Assembly: GCA_965204375.1 (NCBI GenBank)
Contig: OZ241986.1
Location: 4,544,001 to 4,608,000 of the forward strand
DNA: 64,000 nt
Reading direction: 5' to 3'
From: Candidatus Latescibacterota bacterium
Lineage (GTDB): Bacteria > Latescibacterota > UBA2968
Below, piece after piece: positions 19,204 to 29,552 of this stretch (position 1 is its first letter; each line of letters opens with the position of its first letter). A program made the position numbers and the translations under genes. Below the pieces are notes generated by a model. The model was not told the origin of the DNA. It did not search any database and saw only the letters and a list, made by a program, of their open reading frames with translations.

Positions 19204-20031
19204 TCACCCGCGCTTTTGTGCAAATAGCCAGTCCCATACATTCTCGGTTTTGTCGCATTGATCGCTGGCAAAATGCGTGATAAATCCGCGTTGTGGATCA
19301 TCGCCAGTGTACGCAAAACCGTAGGCACTCGCATTGTGTCCCACATCTTTTAATTCGGTGTATTTGGTATTGGCATCTATCGCGTCTAACTGGCGAAAAG
19401 CGTCCCGGGTTAATTCCACGGGCACAGTTGCATCGGCATCGCCGTGAAATGTCCAGATGGGAACTTCTACAATGCGGCTGACATCATTCCACGGCTCGCA
19501 TCCGCCAGCAGAGGGCATCGCGGCGGCGAAACGATCGGGTTGTGCGCAAACGGCGTTCCATGTACCGAATCCACCCATTGAATGCCCCAGCACATAGATA
19601 CGGTCTTGATCAATTGGAAACTCATCGCATATTGTATCCAGCAGATCAAAGGCTCTGCCCAGGTCGCCCTTTGAGAGATCGTCGCCTCGATCCAGCAATC
19701 GCTTAACGCGCGCTTGCCAGATGTCGGAGAGCGAGTCGATATATTCCTGTGTGATCTCGGGCATGGAATTGGGCACCAGCCAGCGCAGGGGCGTTTGAGG
19801 AGCAAGCACAAAACAGGGATAGTTGCGGCGGTGTGTTTCATCTGCCAGTGGTGATTCATTCCAGTGGCGCAGATTTTTGATATTATCTGTGCCTTTGCCT
19901 CCTGCCCCATGCAAGCTAAAGATAAGTGGATATACTTTATCGGGATGGTCTGCAATATCAATAGGTCTGAGCAGGCGATAGGGCATGGTGCCGTAGTTTC
20001 GTTCTTCGTAAATATCCATCCAGTCGTTCAT
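19204..20031 (-). CDS. Alpha/beta hydrolase (phospholipase/carboxylesterase or peptidase S9-like)
   Basis: LHGAGGKG, GHSMGG nucleophile elbow, FHGDAD, GH. Confidence 0.85.
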   Translation of the reverse strand: MNDWMDIYEERNYGTMPYRLLRPIDIADHPDKVYPLIFSLHGAGGKGTDNIKNLRHWNESPLADETHRRNYPCFVLAPQTPLRWLVPNSMPEITQEYIDSLSDIWQARVKRLLDRGDDLSKGDLGRAFDLLDTICDEFPIDQDRIYVLGHSMGGFGTWNAVCAQPDRFAAAMPSAGGCEPWNDVSRIVEVPIWTFHGDADATVPVELTRDAFRQLDAIDANTKYTELKDVGHNASAYGFAYTGDDPQRGFITHFASDQCDKTENVWDWLFAQKRG

Positions 20032-20047
20032 ATTGTCTCCTTATGGA

Positions 20048-20494
20048 TCAACTTTTACACAGATAAAGACCCAGGTCTTTCTCAGCCTCTCCCTCTAACA
20101 GACCGACCTGCACGGGAATATCCGCGTCTTTGAGAATTTGGATGCCGCGCCCGCGATTTTTGGGATGCGGGTCGATGAGTGCGACAAAAACATCTCGGAT
20201 TTTTCTTTTAACAAGTGCTTGCGCACACGAAGGCGTGCGTCCGTAAAAAGAGCACGGCTCCAGAGTGACAAATGCCGTAACATCTTCCAGTGAATCCGCC
20301 ACTTGCGCCAGTGCCATCGCCTCTGCGTGAAATTGACCCGGAGGATTGGTATAACCCCGGGCAATAATTTTGCCTTCTCGCACCAGCACACACCCAACCG
20401 GAGGATTGGGCAAACATTCGGGAAGCGCTTTTCTCCCCTCGACGAGCGCGGCGGTCATGAAGTGCTGTAGTTCGGTTTGAGAATATTTAGACAT
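20048..20494 (-). CDS. Stand-alone RibD-type cytidine/pyrimidine deaminase domain protein
   Basis: Start MSKYSQ (ATG 20494); PNPPVGCV, HAE, TLEPC...TPSC zinc motif; no reductase domain. Confidence 0.82.
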   Translation of the reverse strand: MSKYSQTELQHFMTAALVEGRKALPECLPNPPVGCVLVREGKIIARGYTNPPGQFHAEAMALAQVADSLEDVTAFVTLEPCSFYGRTPSCAQALVKRKIRDVFVALIDPHPKNRGRGIQILKDADIPVQVGLLEGEAEKDLGLYLCKS

Positions 20495-20613
20495 TGGATA
20501 AGAGATTACTTGGCGCGAAAAACGCCCCGGCACAACGATGCTGGGGCGTTCTCTTTTTGTCCTGTTGCACTTAAAGAGGTGTGACAGGCTATTGTTTGAG
20601 GAGGATTGTTGCA

Positions 20614-20841
20614 CTATTTGGAAAGCAGATTCAACAAAGCAATGGATGTAGCGATATTGGTTGCCAGAATCGTAAACAACAAACCGATAATCCATTTGAT
20701 CATACTGGTAACGCGGGTATCCATATTGTTCAGGCGGGTATCAATGCCATTGAGTCTTTCGTTGATCTGCGTGTTGATGCCTTCCAACATTGCAATACGG
20801 GTTTCGTGGTCAGCAACGCGGGTTTCCAGTGTAGGCAACAT
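20614..20841 (-). CDS. Small coiled-coil protein with C-terminal TM helix (DUF1640/XhlA-like)
   Basis: Heptads ETRVADHETRIAM...RLNGIDTRLNNMDTR followed by KWIIGLLFTIL; hairpin terminator at 20521-20550. Confidence 0.6.
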   Translation of the reverse strand: MLPTLETRVADHETRIAMLEGINTQINERLNGIDTRLNNMDTRVTSMIKWIIGLLFTILATNIATSIALLNLLSK

Positions 20842-21001
20842 TTGTGGAGGTTCCTTTCTTTAATCTGTGCTTGAGAATCCTGGCAAGAAGCGTTCTCTAA
20901 TTGCCTCAAGTTCAAGATTCTCGCGAATCATCGTTGCGCCCTCCGCCTATCTCTAAAAAATAACACCATGCCCTTTTGAGTGCAAGGCTAAATCACTCCG
21001 T

Positions 21002-22303
21002 TTACTCCTCATCATACCCAATACAATACAAATGCGTCGCCGTCCGAATAAAAAGCTGTGACCCGGATGACACGGGCGAAGACAGCGTGTACGTCCCATC
21101 CAGTTCATTCGTACCCAAAACCTCAAATTTGGGACCAGTGGCCAGAACAGTCGTCACGGCGTATTCATTCAGCAAAAACAACTTCCCATCCGCCAGATGA
21201 GGGGACGCGCTCACAATACCCTGCGTCGTCCGCTCAGGACCCCACACCACAGCACCGGTCTTCGCGTCCAGACACATCGCCCGCCCGCGATCATCAACCA
21301 TATAAAAATACTTCCCATCACTCGTCGGCGTAGGCACATCCGGCGCAGCAGCCCCCTCCCACCTCCACACCACATTGCCGGAAACATCGCCAGTACCACC
21401 AGCCGCCAGCGCCAGCAAGGGCCGTTGCCGGGTCGGTGCATAAATCATATCCCCAACCACCAGAGGAGACGCAACAATCCGATAATTGCCCCTCCGACCG
21501 GGATTCAATCCATTTGCTCGCCAGACCTCACGTCCCGTCTCTGGATCGTGCCCCGTCACACAATCCCCACCCGTAATAACAATCTGAGTCTCTCCATCGC
21601 GCTTCAACAGCACAGGCGTCGTGTACGAATCCGGAGACTCCCGAATAGCATCTGTTGGCCGCTCCTTGCGCCAAGCCTCCTTCCCACTCCCGGCGTCCAG
21701 TGCCATAACATACGAAGGATCGTCCGTCCGCATCCCGTGAAGCACCTGAAGAATGAGCTTGCCATCGTACAGAATCGGCGAAGACGCATACCCGAAAAGC
21801 AGACCAAATCTGCCGTAATCCTTTTGAATACTCCGCGACCAGATTGCCTTCCCCTCCATATCCAGACACGTCACAACCCCATTGCCCGTAACCACCCACA
21901 CATGCGCCCCATCCGTAATAGGAGACGGCGACGTCATATTGTGTTTGCGCCGCAGCTCATTACCCTCATCCAGCTTATGCCGCCAGAGTTCACTCCCGTC
22001 TTTCTTCGACAAACACAAAATATAAATCTCTGGACCGCCCGGTTCCTGTTCCTCTGGCCTTTGGGCAGGTGACGGCGAAGTCAGAAAAATGCGATCACCC
22101 CAGATAACAGGCGTACTCCCGCTCCACGAAGGCAACTCGGCCTTCCAGATAATATTCTTTTCCAAACTCCAGGACGCGGGCAGATTTTTGGCCGTACTCA
22201 CCCCATCTTGCTGCGGACCGCGCCACTGCGGCCAATTATCTGCTTGAACGCCCAGCGGAACAAGTACCAGAATACAAACCATGCGAACAATTCGACCAAC
22301 CAT
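21002..22303 (-). CDS. PQQ-binding-like beta-propeller (BamB-like) protein
   Basis: Signal peptide, DNWPQWRGP, repeated SSP/ALD..TG..VW blades, LFIRT..HLYCIG end. Confidence 0.88.
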   Translation of the reverse strand: MVGRIVRMVCILVLVPLGVQADNWPQWRGPQQDGVSTAKNLPASWSLEKNIIWKAELPSWSGSTPVIWGDRIFLTSPSPAQRPEEQEPGGPEIYILCLSKKDGSELWRHKLDEGNELRRKHNMTSPSPITDGAHVWVVTGNGVVTCLDMEGKAIWSRSIQKDYGRFGLLFGYASSPILYDGKLILQVLHGMRTDDPSYVMALDAGSGKEAWRKERPTDAIRESPDSYTTPVLLKRDGETQIVITGGDCVTGHDPETGREVWRANGLNPGRRGNYRIVASPLVVGDMIYAPTRQRPLLALAAGGTGDVSGNVVWRWEGAAAPDVPTPTSDGKYFYMVDDRGRAMCLDAKTGAVVWGPERTTQGIVSASPHLADGKLFLLNEYAVTTVLATGPKFEVLGTNELDGTYTLSSPVSSGSQLFIRTATHLYCIGYDEE

Positions 22304-22413
22304 AGAAACTCCTCCTCAATAGTGTGATTTTCAACTTGTTTTTCACCCAATTTGACAGATATTTCCCCTTGATTGTTCCTGCCATCCTTCAGCGTCAAGA
22401 TAGAAAGGCTCAC

Positions 22414-23835
22414 ATGAAACGGCAACCCAATATTTTACTATTCATCACCGATCAACAGCGCTCCGACACCATGGCGTGTTACGGCAACGACTGGATCCAA
22501 GCACCGAATATGAACGCCCTCGCCAGCGAAAGCTTTGTCTTTGAAAACCCCTATTGCACGCAACCCGTCTGCACGCCATCGCGCGCCACCCTCATAACGG
22601 GACTGTATCCACACGCTGCCGGAATGACCAAAAACAACATCCTGCTCGATCCAGCAATCAAATCCATCGCAGAAATGACATCAGACACCTATCACAAAGC
22701 CTACTACGGCAAATGGCACCTGGGCAAAGAAACAACGCGACAACACGGATTTGACGAATGGCTACCCGTCTTTGAACTGCCCTGGGTCATCGACCATCCG
22801 GACACACCGTATCACCAGTTCCTCGTAGAAAACGGAATCGAACCAGACAAAACAACAGAAGCCGGACACCGCGTATTCTCCGGACAACTGCGCGCAAACC
22901 TGCCCGAACACCTGTCCATGGTATCCTTTCTATGCGACGAAGCTGCCCGCTTTCTGATGGCCGAACGCGACAAACCCTTCATGCTACAGGTCCACTGCCC
23001 CGAGCCACACCCCCCTGTCTCCGGACCCATGAAACATATACACGACCCCAACAAAATGCCCGTAGGTCCCGCATTCACGCGCTATCCCGCAGGTGCATCG
23101 CTATTCAACAGACTGAGGGCAGAACGCAATATACAACCCAATGCAACTCCTGAAGAACAACACACCGCAGAAGCAAAACTGAGAAAATTCCGCGCCGAAT
23201 ACTACGGCACAGTCACCCTCGTAGATCGGGCACTGGGCAGACTGATGGACGCCCTTGAAAAATCCGACCACGCCGACAACACCATAGTCGTATTCAGCTC
23301 TGACCACGGCGAAATGGCAGGCGACCAGGGCATGCGGGAAAAACGCGCATTCTACGAACCCTCCGCCAAAGTACCGCTCCTCATGCGGATCCCCCATCTC
23401 GGCCGCGAACACCGAATGATCCCCGGCAACATCGGCCATATCGACCTCGTCCCCACCTTATTAGACCTCATGGGACAACCCGTGCCCGACCACCTGCAAG
23501 GCACCAGCCGGGTACCCGTCCTCGAACACAGAGCAACACTCGACGATAATGACGTCTTCATCCAGTGGAACGGACTGGGAGATCGCAGCCTCGGCTCACC
23601 GCAGATCAACTTAATCGCCACCCTCCCCTGGCGCTCAATCGTAACAGCCGACCGATGGAAACTCAACCTGTGCGCAGGCGACCAATGCGAATTATTCGAC
23701 CTGAACAGAGACCCCCATGAACTCACCAACCTATTCGATGAACCTGAACACAGAGATCGCATCCGCAAAATGGCGGCAAAAATTCGCCTCTGGCAACATG
23801 AAACAGGCGATAACGCGCCATTACCAACAGTTTAA
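22414..23835 (+). CDS. Sulfatase (Cys-type, formylglycine-dependent)
   Basis: PNILLFITDQQR, CTPSRATLITG (CxPxR), GKWHLG, SDHG. Confidence 0.92.
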   Translation: MKRQPNILLFITDQQRSDTMACYGNDWIQAPNMNALASESFVFENPYCTQPVCTPSRATLITGLYPHAAGMTKNNILLDPAIKSIAEMTSDTYHKAYYGKWHLGKETTRQHGFDEWLPVFELPWVIDHPDTPYHQFLVENGIEPDKTTEAGHRVFSGQLRANLPEHLSMVSFLCDEAARFLMAERDKPFMLQVHCPEPHPPVSGPMKHIHDPNKMPVGPAFTRYPAGASLFNRLRAERNIQPNATPEEQHTAEAKLRKFRAEYYGTVTLVDRALGRLMDALEKSDHADNTIVVFSSDHGEMAGDQGMREKRAFYEPSAKVPLLMRIPHLGREHRMIPGNIGHIDLVPTLLDLMGQPVPDHLQGTSRVPVLEHRATLDDNDVFIQWNGLGDRSLGSPQINLIATLPWRSIVTADRWKLNLCAGDQCELFDLNRDPHELTNLFDEPEHRDRIRKMAAKIRLWQHETGDNAPLPTV

Positions 23836-23854
23836 CACGCAGGAGAAATACCTC

Positions 23855-24886
23855 ATGAACACAATCAAAACGCGAACAGTAGGGCGAACAGGCCTCGAAG
23901 TAACCGAAATGGGCATGGGCGGCGCGCCCATAGGTGATCTATTCGAACTCGTAAGCGAAACACAGGCGCAAAACACATTGCAAGCCGCATGGGATGCGGG
24001 CATCCGATACTTCGACACAGCCCCCTTTTACGGCTATGGCAAAAGCGAACACCGCCTCGGCCATTTTCTGCGCCAACAGAACAGAGAAGAATTTGCCATC
24101 TCCACCAAAGTCGGACGCGTATTAAAAGCCACGCGCGACCTCAAAACTTATGACAAAGACATGTGGATTGGCGGCTTGCCCTTTGAGTACGCCTTTGACT
24201 ACAGCTATGACGGCATCATGCGATCTTATGAAGACAGCCTCCACCGACTGAGCTTGCACGCCGTAGAACTCCTCCTCATACACGACCCCGACTACTTCTT
24301 TCACACCTCCGAAGACATGGTAACCGCCACCCTCGCCCAAATCTACACAAGCGGCTGGCGCGCCCTAAGCGAACTGCGCTCAAGCGGACAAATCAAAGGC
24401 ATTGGCGTGGGACTCAACATGCTGGGACTCATCCCCCGATTCTTAGACATGGTCGATATCGACTTCTTCATCGTCGCCATGCCCTATACCCTCCTCGACC
24501 AGGACCCATTGGACGATGAATTTCCAAAATGCGCCGAACACGGTGCCGACATCGTCATCGGCTCCGTATTTGCCTCGGGCATCCTCGCCACAGGACCCGT
24601 TGAAGGCGCATTATACGCGTACGACACCGCAACCTCAGAAATCCTTGAAAAAACCCGAAAAATAGAAACAATATGCAATGCATACAACGTACCGCTCCCC
24701 GCAGCAGCCATCCAATTCCCACTCGCACACCCCATTGTCGCCGCCATCATCCCCGGCGCACTCAAACCCGAATACATCCATGCAAACATCAAAAACTACC
24801 AGCACCCCATACCCTCAGACCTCTGGGCAGAACTAAAATCCGAAGGCTTGCTGCGAGAAGACGCGCCGACACCAGGAGAAGTTTGA
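23855..24886 (+). CDS. Aldo/keto reductase (D-threo-aldose 1-dehydrogenase-like)
   Basis: GIRYFDTAPFYGYG, ISTKVGR, FDYSYDG, LLIHD; RBS AGGAG before ATG 23855. Confidence 0.9.
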   Translation: MNTIKTRTVGRTGLEVTEMGMGGAPIGDLFELVSETQAQNTLQAAWDAGIRYFDTAPFYGYGKSEHRLGHFLRQQNREEFAISTKVGRVLKATRDLKTYDKDMWIGGLPFEYAFDYSYDGIMRSYEDSLHRLSLHAVELLLIHDPDYFFHTSEDMVTATLAQIYTSGWRALSELRSSGQIKGIGVGLNMLGLIPRFLDMVDIDFFIVAMPYTLLDQDPLDDEFPKCAEHGADIVIGSVFASGILATGPVEGALYAYDTATSEILEKTRKIETICNAYNVPLPAAAIQFPLAHPIVAAIIPGALKPEYIHANIKNYQHPIPSDLWAELKSEGLLREDAPTPGEV

Positions 24887-24978
24887 TCCGCAGAATGAAG
24901 GCGAGTAATTCGAGCATGAACGCAGATAGACACAGATAAAAGGCAAAATACAAGAGAAATGGGAAGTAGAAAGAGACG

Positions 24979-25020
24979 ACAATCGTCATCGCGGCAGGGT
25001 GTAAGCCGCGATCCAGCCGC
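24979..25020 (+). repeat. 42-bp dispersed element upstream of an accessory gene (copy 1)
   Basis: 36/42 identical to reverse complement of 35080-35121. Confidence 0.7.
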
Positions 25021-25052
25021 ACGCGCTTGAAAACACAGAACGGAGACGGTCC

Positions 25053-25583
25053 ATGATCCATTCACACGCGCTTATTAAAGTCGCCTGCAAAATTTTCGGA
25101 TTGGTATTTTTGGTAAATGCAGCGATTATGCTTGGATTACTACCTCAGGGGCTTATGATACGCCACACCGAGTTGGAAAGCGCGATTTATGGACATTTTG
25201 CTCTGCCGCTTCTCTACTTCATCTTCGCTTATGTATTCTTGAAACATGCCGACGCAATTGCGCAAAAATTGGACCCTGTTGAACGGGAAATTGAAATTTC
25301 TCCCGACAACAACTGGCCCCAGGTGCTTTACAACGTGGGCGTTCGGCTCATCGGGGTCTATATGGTCGTCACAGGTGTGCCCAAAGTGATCAATCAGGGC
25401 ATTATCTTTCTGTTTCTTCTCCAAACTGAAACCATCTGGGAACTCTGGAACGATAACCTGTCCTCGCATATCTGGTCGGAGGGAATCGCCGCTATAATTT
25501 ATCTCGCCTTGGGAATCTATCTACTCGCAGGCGGCTCCCTCCTGTCAAAGTTACAGAATGTTATGGATCGAAATAAGGATTGA
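25053..25583 (+). CDS. Hypothetical membrane protein (about 4 TM helices)
   Basis: Hydrophobic segments in two similar halves; GGAG RBS. Confidence 0.7.
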   Translation: MIHSHALIKVACKIFGLVFLVNAAIMLGLLPQGLMIRHTELESAIYGHFALPLLYFIFAYVFLKHADAIAQKLDPVEREIEISPDNNWPQVLYNVGVRLIGVYMVVTGVPKVINQGIIFLFLLQTETIWELWNDNLSSHIWSEGIAAIIYLALGIYLLAGGSLLSKLQNVMDRNKD

Positions 25584-25598
25584 ATTTGATAGAAAGGA
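25542..25598 (+). repeat. 57-bp direct repeat (gene 3' end, stop, RBS), left copy
   Basis: 48/57 gapless identity to 26840-26896. Confidence 0.88.
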
Positions 25599-25605
25599 AA
25601 ACCAA

Positions 25606-26112
25606 ATGCCATTTTTTTTGTCAGAAAGTGAAAAGCAGGAGCGGGCCCGTAAGAAGCAGGAAGAAAAAAAGAAAAAGTTAGAAGCCCGACAGAAGGAGCA
25701 AGAAAAAAAAGAAAGTCTTAAGCGCGAGCGAGCAGAACAAAGACGATTGCAACAAGAGCGAGAGCGCAAGCGTAGGGAAGAGGAAGCATTCCGAAGAACG
25801 CCCAAAGGATTGGCTCGAACAGCGAAAGAGAAGGAAGATACAATATTCCGATATGTCGAGGAACTATCTACGACAGTTGGTAAGACTGAGGCGATGGTTG
25901 GTGCGTTTACCCATGGAATACAAACCGAAGGTACTATTGACTCATCATCCGTTGAAGATATAGAGTCCGAAGGGTGGATATTGATCAACGACAACTACAT
26001 TTTTCAAGTGACAGGATCAGTCAGTCGTGACAAATTCTTGAGCAGCGGACAACAAGAAGCCGTCAGTGGACAACTGATTGGAATTTATACGTTTCGAGCG
26101 GTTGATGAATGA
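25606..26112 (+). CDS. Hypothetical protein with highly charged N-terminal coiled coil
   Basis: ATG 25606 after AAAGGA; E/K/R/Q-rich helix then globular C-terminal domain. Confidence 0.65.
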   Translation: MPFFLSESEKQERARKKQEEKKKKLEARQKEQEKKESLKRERAEQRRLQQERERKRREEEAFRRTPKGLARTAKEKEDTIFRYVEELSTTVGKTEAMVGAFTHGIQTEGTIDSSSVEDIESEGWILINDNYIFQVTGSVSRDKFLSSGQQEAVSGQLIGIYTFRAVDE

Positions 26113-26113
26113 T

Positions 26114-26500
26114 CTACTTCTTCTGATAAGGCGTGATGATCTCCTTTAACATGGGGAAGTGTTTTCGGTTCAACGTCACCAGTTTTGTCTGGCGGACATC
26201 CGCCGTAGCCGCAATCAGAGCATCTGCCAGACCTGTGTTATGGCTCTTCACATAATCCCGGCGATATGTACCGCCTTTAATTGCTATCTCCCGATCAACA
26301 GGTACGATCTCAAAGGCTTTCAAGAAAGTTTCTAAGGCTTCACGCTCTAATTCGTCGCGAACGCCAGAATAGAGTTCGGCTACCGCAATAGAAGAAATCA
26401 ACAATTCTTCTGGGCGATTTTCGAGATATTGTACTGCATCTGTTTGATCACGCAGATAGTCAATTACAACATCTGTATCCAATAAAAGTCGGAGAGCCAT
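26114..26500 (-). CDS. vapC: VapC PIN-domain toxin
   Basis: LLDTDVVIDYLR, AVAELYSG, LADALIAATA, LVTLNRKHF. Confidence 0.92.
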   Translation of the reverse strand: MALRLLLDTDVVIDYLRDQTDAVQYLENRPEELLISSIAVAELYSGVRDELEREALETFLKAFEIVPVDREIAIKGGTYRRDYVKSHNTGLADALIAATADVRQTKLVTLNRKHFPMLKEIITPYQKK

Positions 26501-26503
26501 ATT

Positions 26504-26737
26504 TTACAATCTGTCCCATTCGCGCCGGAGTTCCTCTGCAGAAGGTAGATCTGTACGATCTTTCCACATTCCGCGGGCACTCTGAAGCAAGGCGCGTCGG
26601 TCTGACTGCTGAAATTGCGAAATCATAAGATGGATAGCATCGCGCAGTAACTCATCCTGGCTCTTGCCAGTCTCGCGTGCAATTGTCAAAAGACAATCAT
26701 TTTCGCGGTCTGTCAGATCAATGTGAACGATAGCCAT
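26504..26737 (-). CDS. Ribbon-helix-helix/CopG-type antitoxin (VapB partner)
   Basis: IARETGKSQDELLRDAI; ARGMWKDR...ELRREW; directly upstream of vapC. Confidence 0.82.
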   Translation of the reverse strand: MAIVHIDLTDRENDCLLTIARETGKSQDELLRDAIHLMISQFQQSDRRALLQSARGMWKDRTDLPSAEELRREWDRL

Positions 26738-26839
26738 AACATTTCCTTTTTAATCATTTTGAGGCAATATAACGCTCATAATAGCTGTCTATAATCAATG
26801 AATAGTAAAGAAAATCAACCCTTGCCTGTCAAGCCAATT

Positions 26840-26896
26840 CTGTCAAAGTTACAGAATCTTGTGAATCGAGATAATGACTGAATCTTATCGAAAGGA
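26840..26896 (+). repeat. 57-bp direct repeat, right copy (supplies RBS of Gfo/Idh/MocA gene)
   Basis: 48/57 identity to 25542-25598. Confidence 0.88.
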
Positions 26897-26903
26897 CCTT
26901 CCC

Positions 26904-27875
26904 ATGCAAACAGTAAAATGGGGCATCATCGGTTGTGGTGACGTATGCGAAGTCAAAAGCGGCCCGGGATTTTACAAAGCGGATCACTCAGAACTCGTCA
27001 TCGTCATGCGCCGGGATGCTGAAAAAGCCGCGGACTTCGCCAAACGCCACGGCATATCCCAATCCACCGACAACGCCGACGAAGTCATCCACCACCCCGA
27101 CGTCAACGCCGTGTACATCGCCACACCGCCCTCCTCGCACTGCGACTACGCCCTGCGCGTCGCCGAAGCGGGCAAACCCTGTTACGTCGAAAAACCCATG
27201 GCCATGAACCACCGCGAATGCGTACAAATGGTCGAAACCTTCAAAGCCAAAAACCTCCCCCTCTTCGTCGCCTATTACCGCCGCGGACTCCCGCGCTTCA
27301 CAAAAGTCCGCGAACTCCTCCGCGAAGGCACCATAGGAACCCTCACCTCTGTACACATCGTCCAATACGGCAAACTCGACACAAACCCCAACAACTGGCG
27401 ATTCGACCCATCCATTGCCGGCGCGGGCAAATTCCTCGACCTCGCATCACACGGCATCGACATCCTCGACTTCCTCGTCAGCCCCATCACCCGCGCCAGC
27501 GGGTACGCACTCAACACAGGCGGAACGTACGAAGCCGAAGACGTAACAACCGCTGCATTTGAATTTGAAAGCGGCGTCGCTGGCACAGGCATCTGGAACT
27601 TCCACGCCGACCACGCCGACAACCGCATCACATTCACGGGATCCGAAGGCGAAATCCAAACACCCGTCTTCGCAGACACCGACATCATCCTCAAACGCAA
27701 CGGCACAGAAGAACACATCTCCGCACCCAATCCCCCACACGTCCAACAGCCCCTGATACAAACCATCGTCAACGAACTGCGCGGCGAAGGCCAATGCGTA
27801 TCCACTGGCGAAAGCGGCGCCCGTGCATCCTGGGTCATGGACCAGTGCTTGATCACCTATTACGGAGAGCGATAG
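26904..27875 (+). CDS. Gfo/Idh/MocA family oxidoreductase
   Basis: WGIIGCGDV, VYIATPP, VEKPMA, DLASHGID. Confidence 0.92.
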   Translation: MQTVKWGIIGCGDVCEVKSGPGFYKADHSELVIVMRRDAEKAADFAKRHGISQSTDNADEVIHHPDVNAVYIATPPSSHCDYALRVAEAGKPCYVEKPMAMNHRECVQMVETFKAKNLPLFVAYYRRGLPRFTKVRELLREGTIGTLTSVHIVQYGKLDTNPNNWRFDPSIAGAGKFLDLASHGIDILDFLVSPITRASGYALNTGGTYEAEDVTTAAFEFESGVAGTGIWNFHADHADNRITFTGSEGEIQTPVFADTDIILKRNGTEEHISAPNPPHVQQPLIQTIVNELRGEGQCVSTGESGARASWVMDQCLITYYGER

Positions 27876-27910
27876 ACGAATCAACGAATCAACGAATCAA
27901 CGAATCAACG
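27876..27910 (+). repeat. Tandem octamer (GAATCAAC)x4
   Basis: Directly visible right after the stop codon. Confidence 0.9.
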
Positions 27911-27993
27911 GAACGGGGTACAACTGCGTCAGCAGTTCATCAACGAATAGACGAACCCTGCCCAACCACTCAACTGCTACCAAGGAGAAAACC

Positions 27994-28941
27994 ATGAAAT
28001 CCGTACGACTTCTCAGTATCTCATTCCCCAGAGGGGGATACAAAAACGTAGAACAAAACGTAGAACACATGGTGCGCCACCTCGAAGAAACAGCCCCTTA
28101 TTGTCCCGACTTTGTATGCTTCACCGAAGTCGCCCGAGAACTCGGCTGTCCCCAGGACAGCGATGCCTGGATGGGCGAACCCATACCCGGTCCCACAACC
28201 GAAGCCATTGGCAAAGCAGCCGCGGAAATCGGCACCCACGTCATCGTGGGCATGCAAGAGCGGTGGGAAGACCAGACCTTCAACGCAGCCGTCCTCATCG
28301 GTCGAGATGGAAACGTCATGGGGCGCTACCACAAAGTGCAACCCACAGTCAACGAAATGGAACGCGGCACCCTGCCGGGCACACAGGCCAACACGTTCGC
28401 CACAGACCGCGGTCGCGTGGGCATGTGCATCTGCTTTGACCTCAAATTCCCCGAAGTTGCCATGATGCTCGCCCGCTCGGGTGCGCGCATGGTCTTCTTC
28501 CCCAGCATGTTCAACGGCGGCATGCGACACGCCGCCTGGGCGCGCGATTACGGCGTCTTCCTCATCGTAAGCCAATCTCAGGAAAGCTCCATCACCGACA
28601 TGTGCGGCCACCGCCTCGCGTGGCAAGGCTATAGTGAACCCCTCGTAGAACAGGGCAAACTCCCGCCCTTTGCATTTGCCGAAATCAACGCAGACACCAA
28701 AGCGTATCACCTCGACTTCAACCAGAACAAACTCGGCGACATACACAGCACCTATGGCGCGGGGGTCCGCATCCACATCATGCGCCCCGAAGCCACATTC
28801 GTACTCGAATCCCTCATGGAAGATATATCCGTAGAAGACATCGAAGCAGAATTTGAACTCGAAGACCTGTGGACCTATTACGACCGCTCGCGCGCCATGC
28901 GCGGCGAATATCTCACAGAACCCGTCGCAATCACACATTAA
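27994..28941 (+). CDS. Carbon-nitrogen hydrolase (nitrilase superfamily)
   Basis: FTE, YHKV, ICFD catalytic E-K-C triad. Confidence 0.88.
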   Translation: MKSVRLLSISFPRGGYKNVEQNVEHMVRHLEETAPYCPDFVCFTEVARELGCPQDSDAWMGEPIPGPTTEAIGKAAAEIGTHVIVGMQERWEDQTFNAAVLIGRDGNVMGRYHKVQPTVNEMERGTLPGTQANTFATDRGRVGMCICFDLKFPEVAMMLARSGARMVFFPSMFNGGMRHAAWARDYGVFLIVSQSQESSITDMCGHRLAWQGYSEPLVEQGKLPPFAFAEINADTKAYHLDFNQNKLGDIHSTYGAGVRIHIMRPEATFVLESLMEDISVEDIEAEFELEDLWTYYDRSRAMRGEYLTEPVAITH

Positions 28942-28953
28942 CAAGGAGGCTAC

Positions 28954-29532
28954 ATGCAACTCTTCGACGGCAAAACCCTCAACGGCTGGGCAGCCACTGG
29001 CAATCCCGACGGCTGGATTGTGGATCACGGCTGCCTCTTCTGCACCGCAGAACAAGGGAAATACCTGTACTACACAGAAGACCAGTTCAAAAACTTTGAA
29101 CTCTCGCTCGAATTCAAACATCCCCCCAGAACCAACAGCGGCGTCTTCTTCCGCTGGACCGATCTGGACAACCCCGTGCAAACCGGCATTGAAATCCAAA
29201 TCCTGGACACACACGGACACGAACCCGCAACCACCAAATGCTGCGGCGCAGTCTATGATTTGCAAGCCCCTACGCACAACACCTGCAAACCCGCGGGCGA
29301 ATGGAATCACATGATCCTCTACACCATGGACAACATCATCCGCGTCACCTTAAACGGCGAACAAATCACCGACATGGACCTCAACCGCTGGACCACGCCG
29401 AACCAGAACCCCGACGGCACGCGCAACAAATTCAACCGCGCATTCCGCGAAATGACCGAACCCGGGTACATCGGCCTTCAAGACCACGGCAACCAGATCT
29501 GGTTCCGCAACATAGAAATCGAAAAACTCTAA
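28954..29532 (+). CDS. DUF1080 (3-keto-disaccharide hydrolase-like) protein
   Basis: LFDGKTLNGW, NSGVFFR, EIQILD, GEWN, GYIGLQDHG..WFRNI. Confidence 0.9.
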   Translation: MQLFDGKTLNGWAATGNPDGWIVDHGCLFCTAEQGKYLYYTEDQFKNFELSLEFKHPPRTNSGVFFRWTDLDNPVQTGIEIQILDTHGHEPATTKCCGAVYDLQAPTHNTCKPAGEWNHMILYTMDNIIRVTLNGEQITDMDLNRWTTPNQNPDGTRNKFNRAFREMTEPGYIGLQDHGNQIWFRNIEIEKL

Positions 29533-29552
29533 CACACGACGCGATAACAAAC

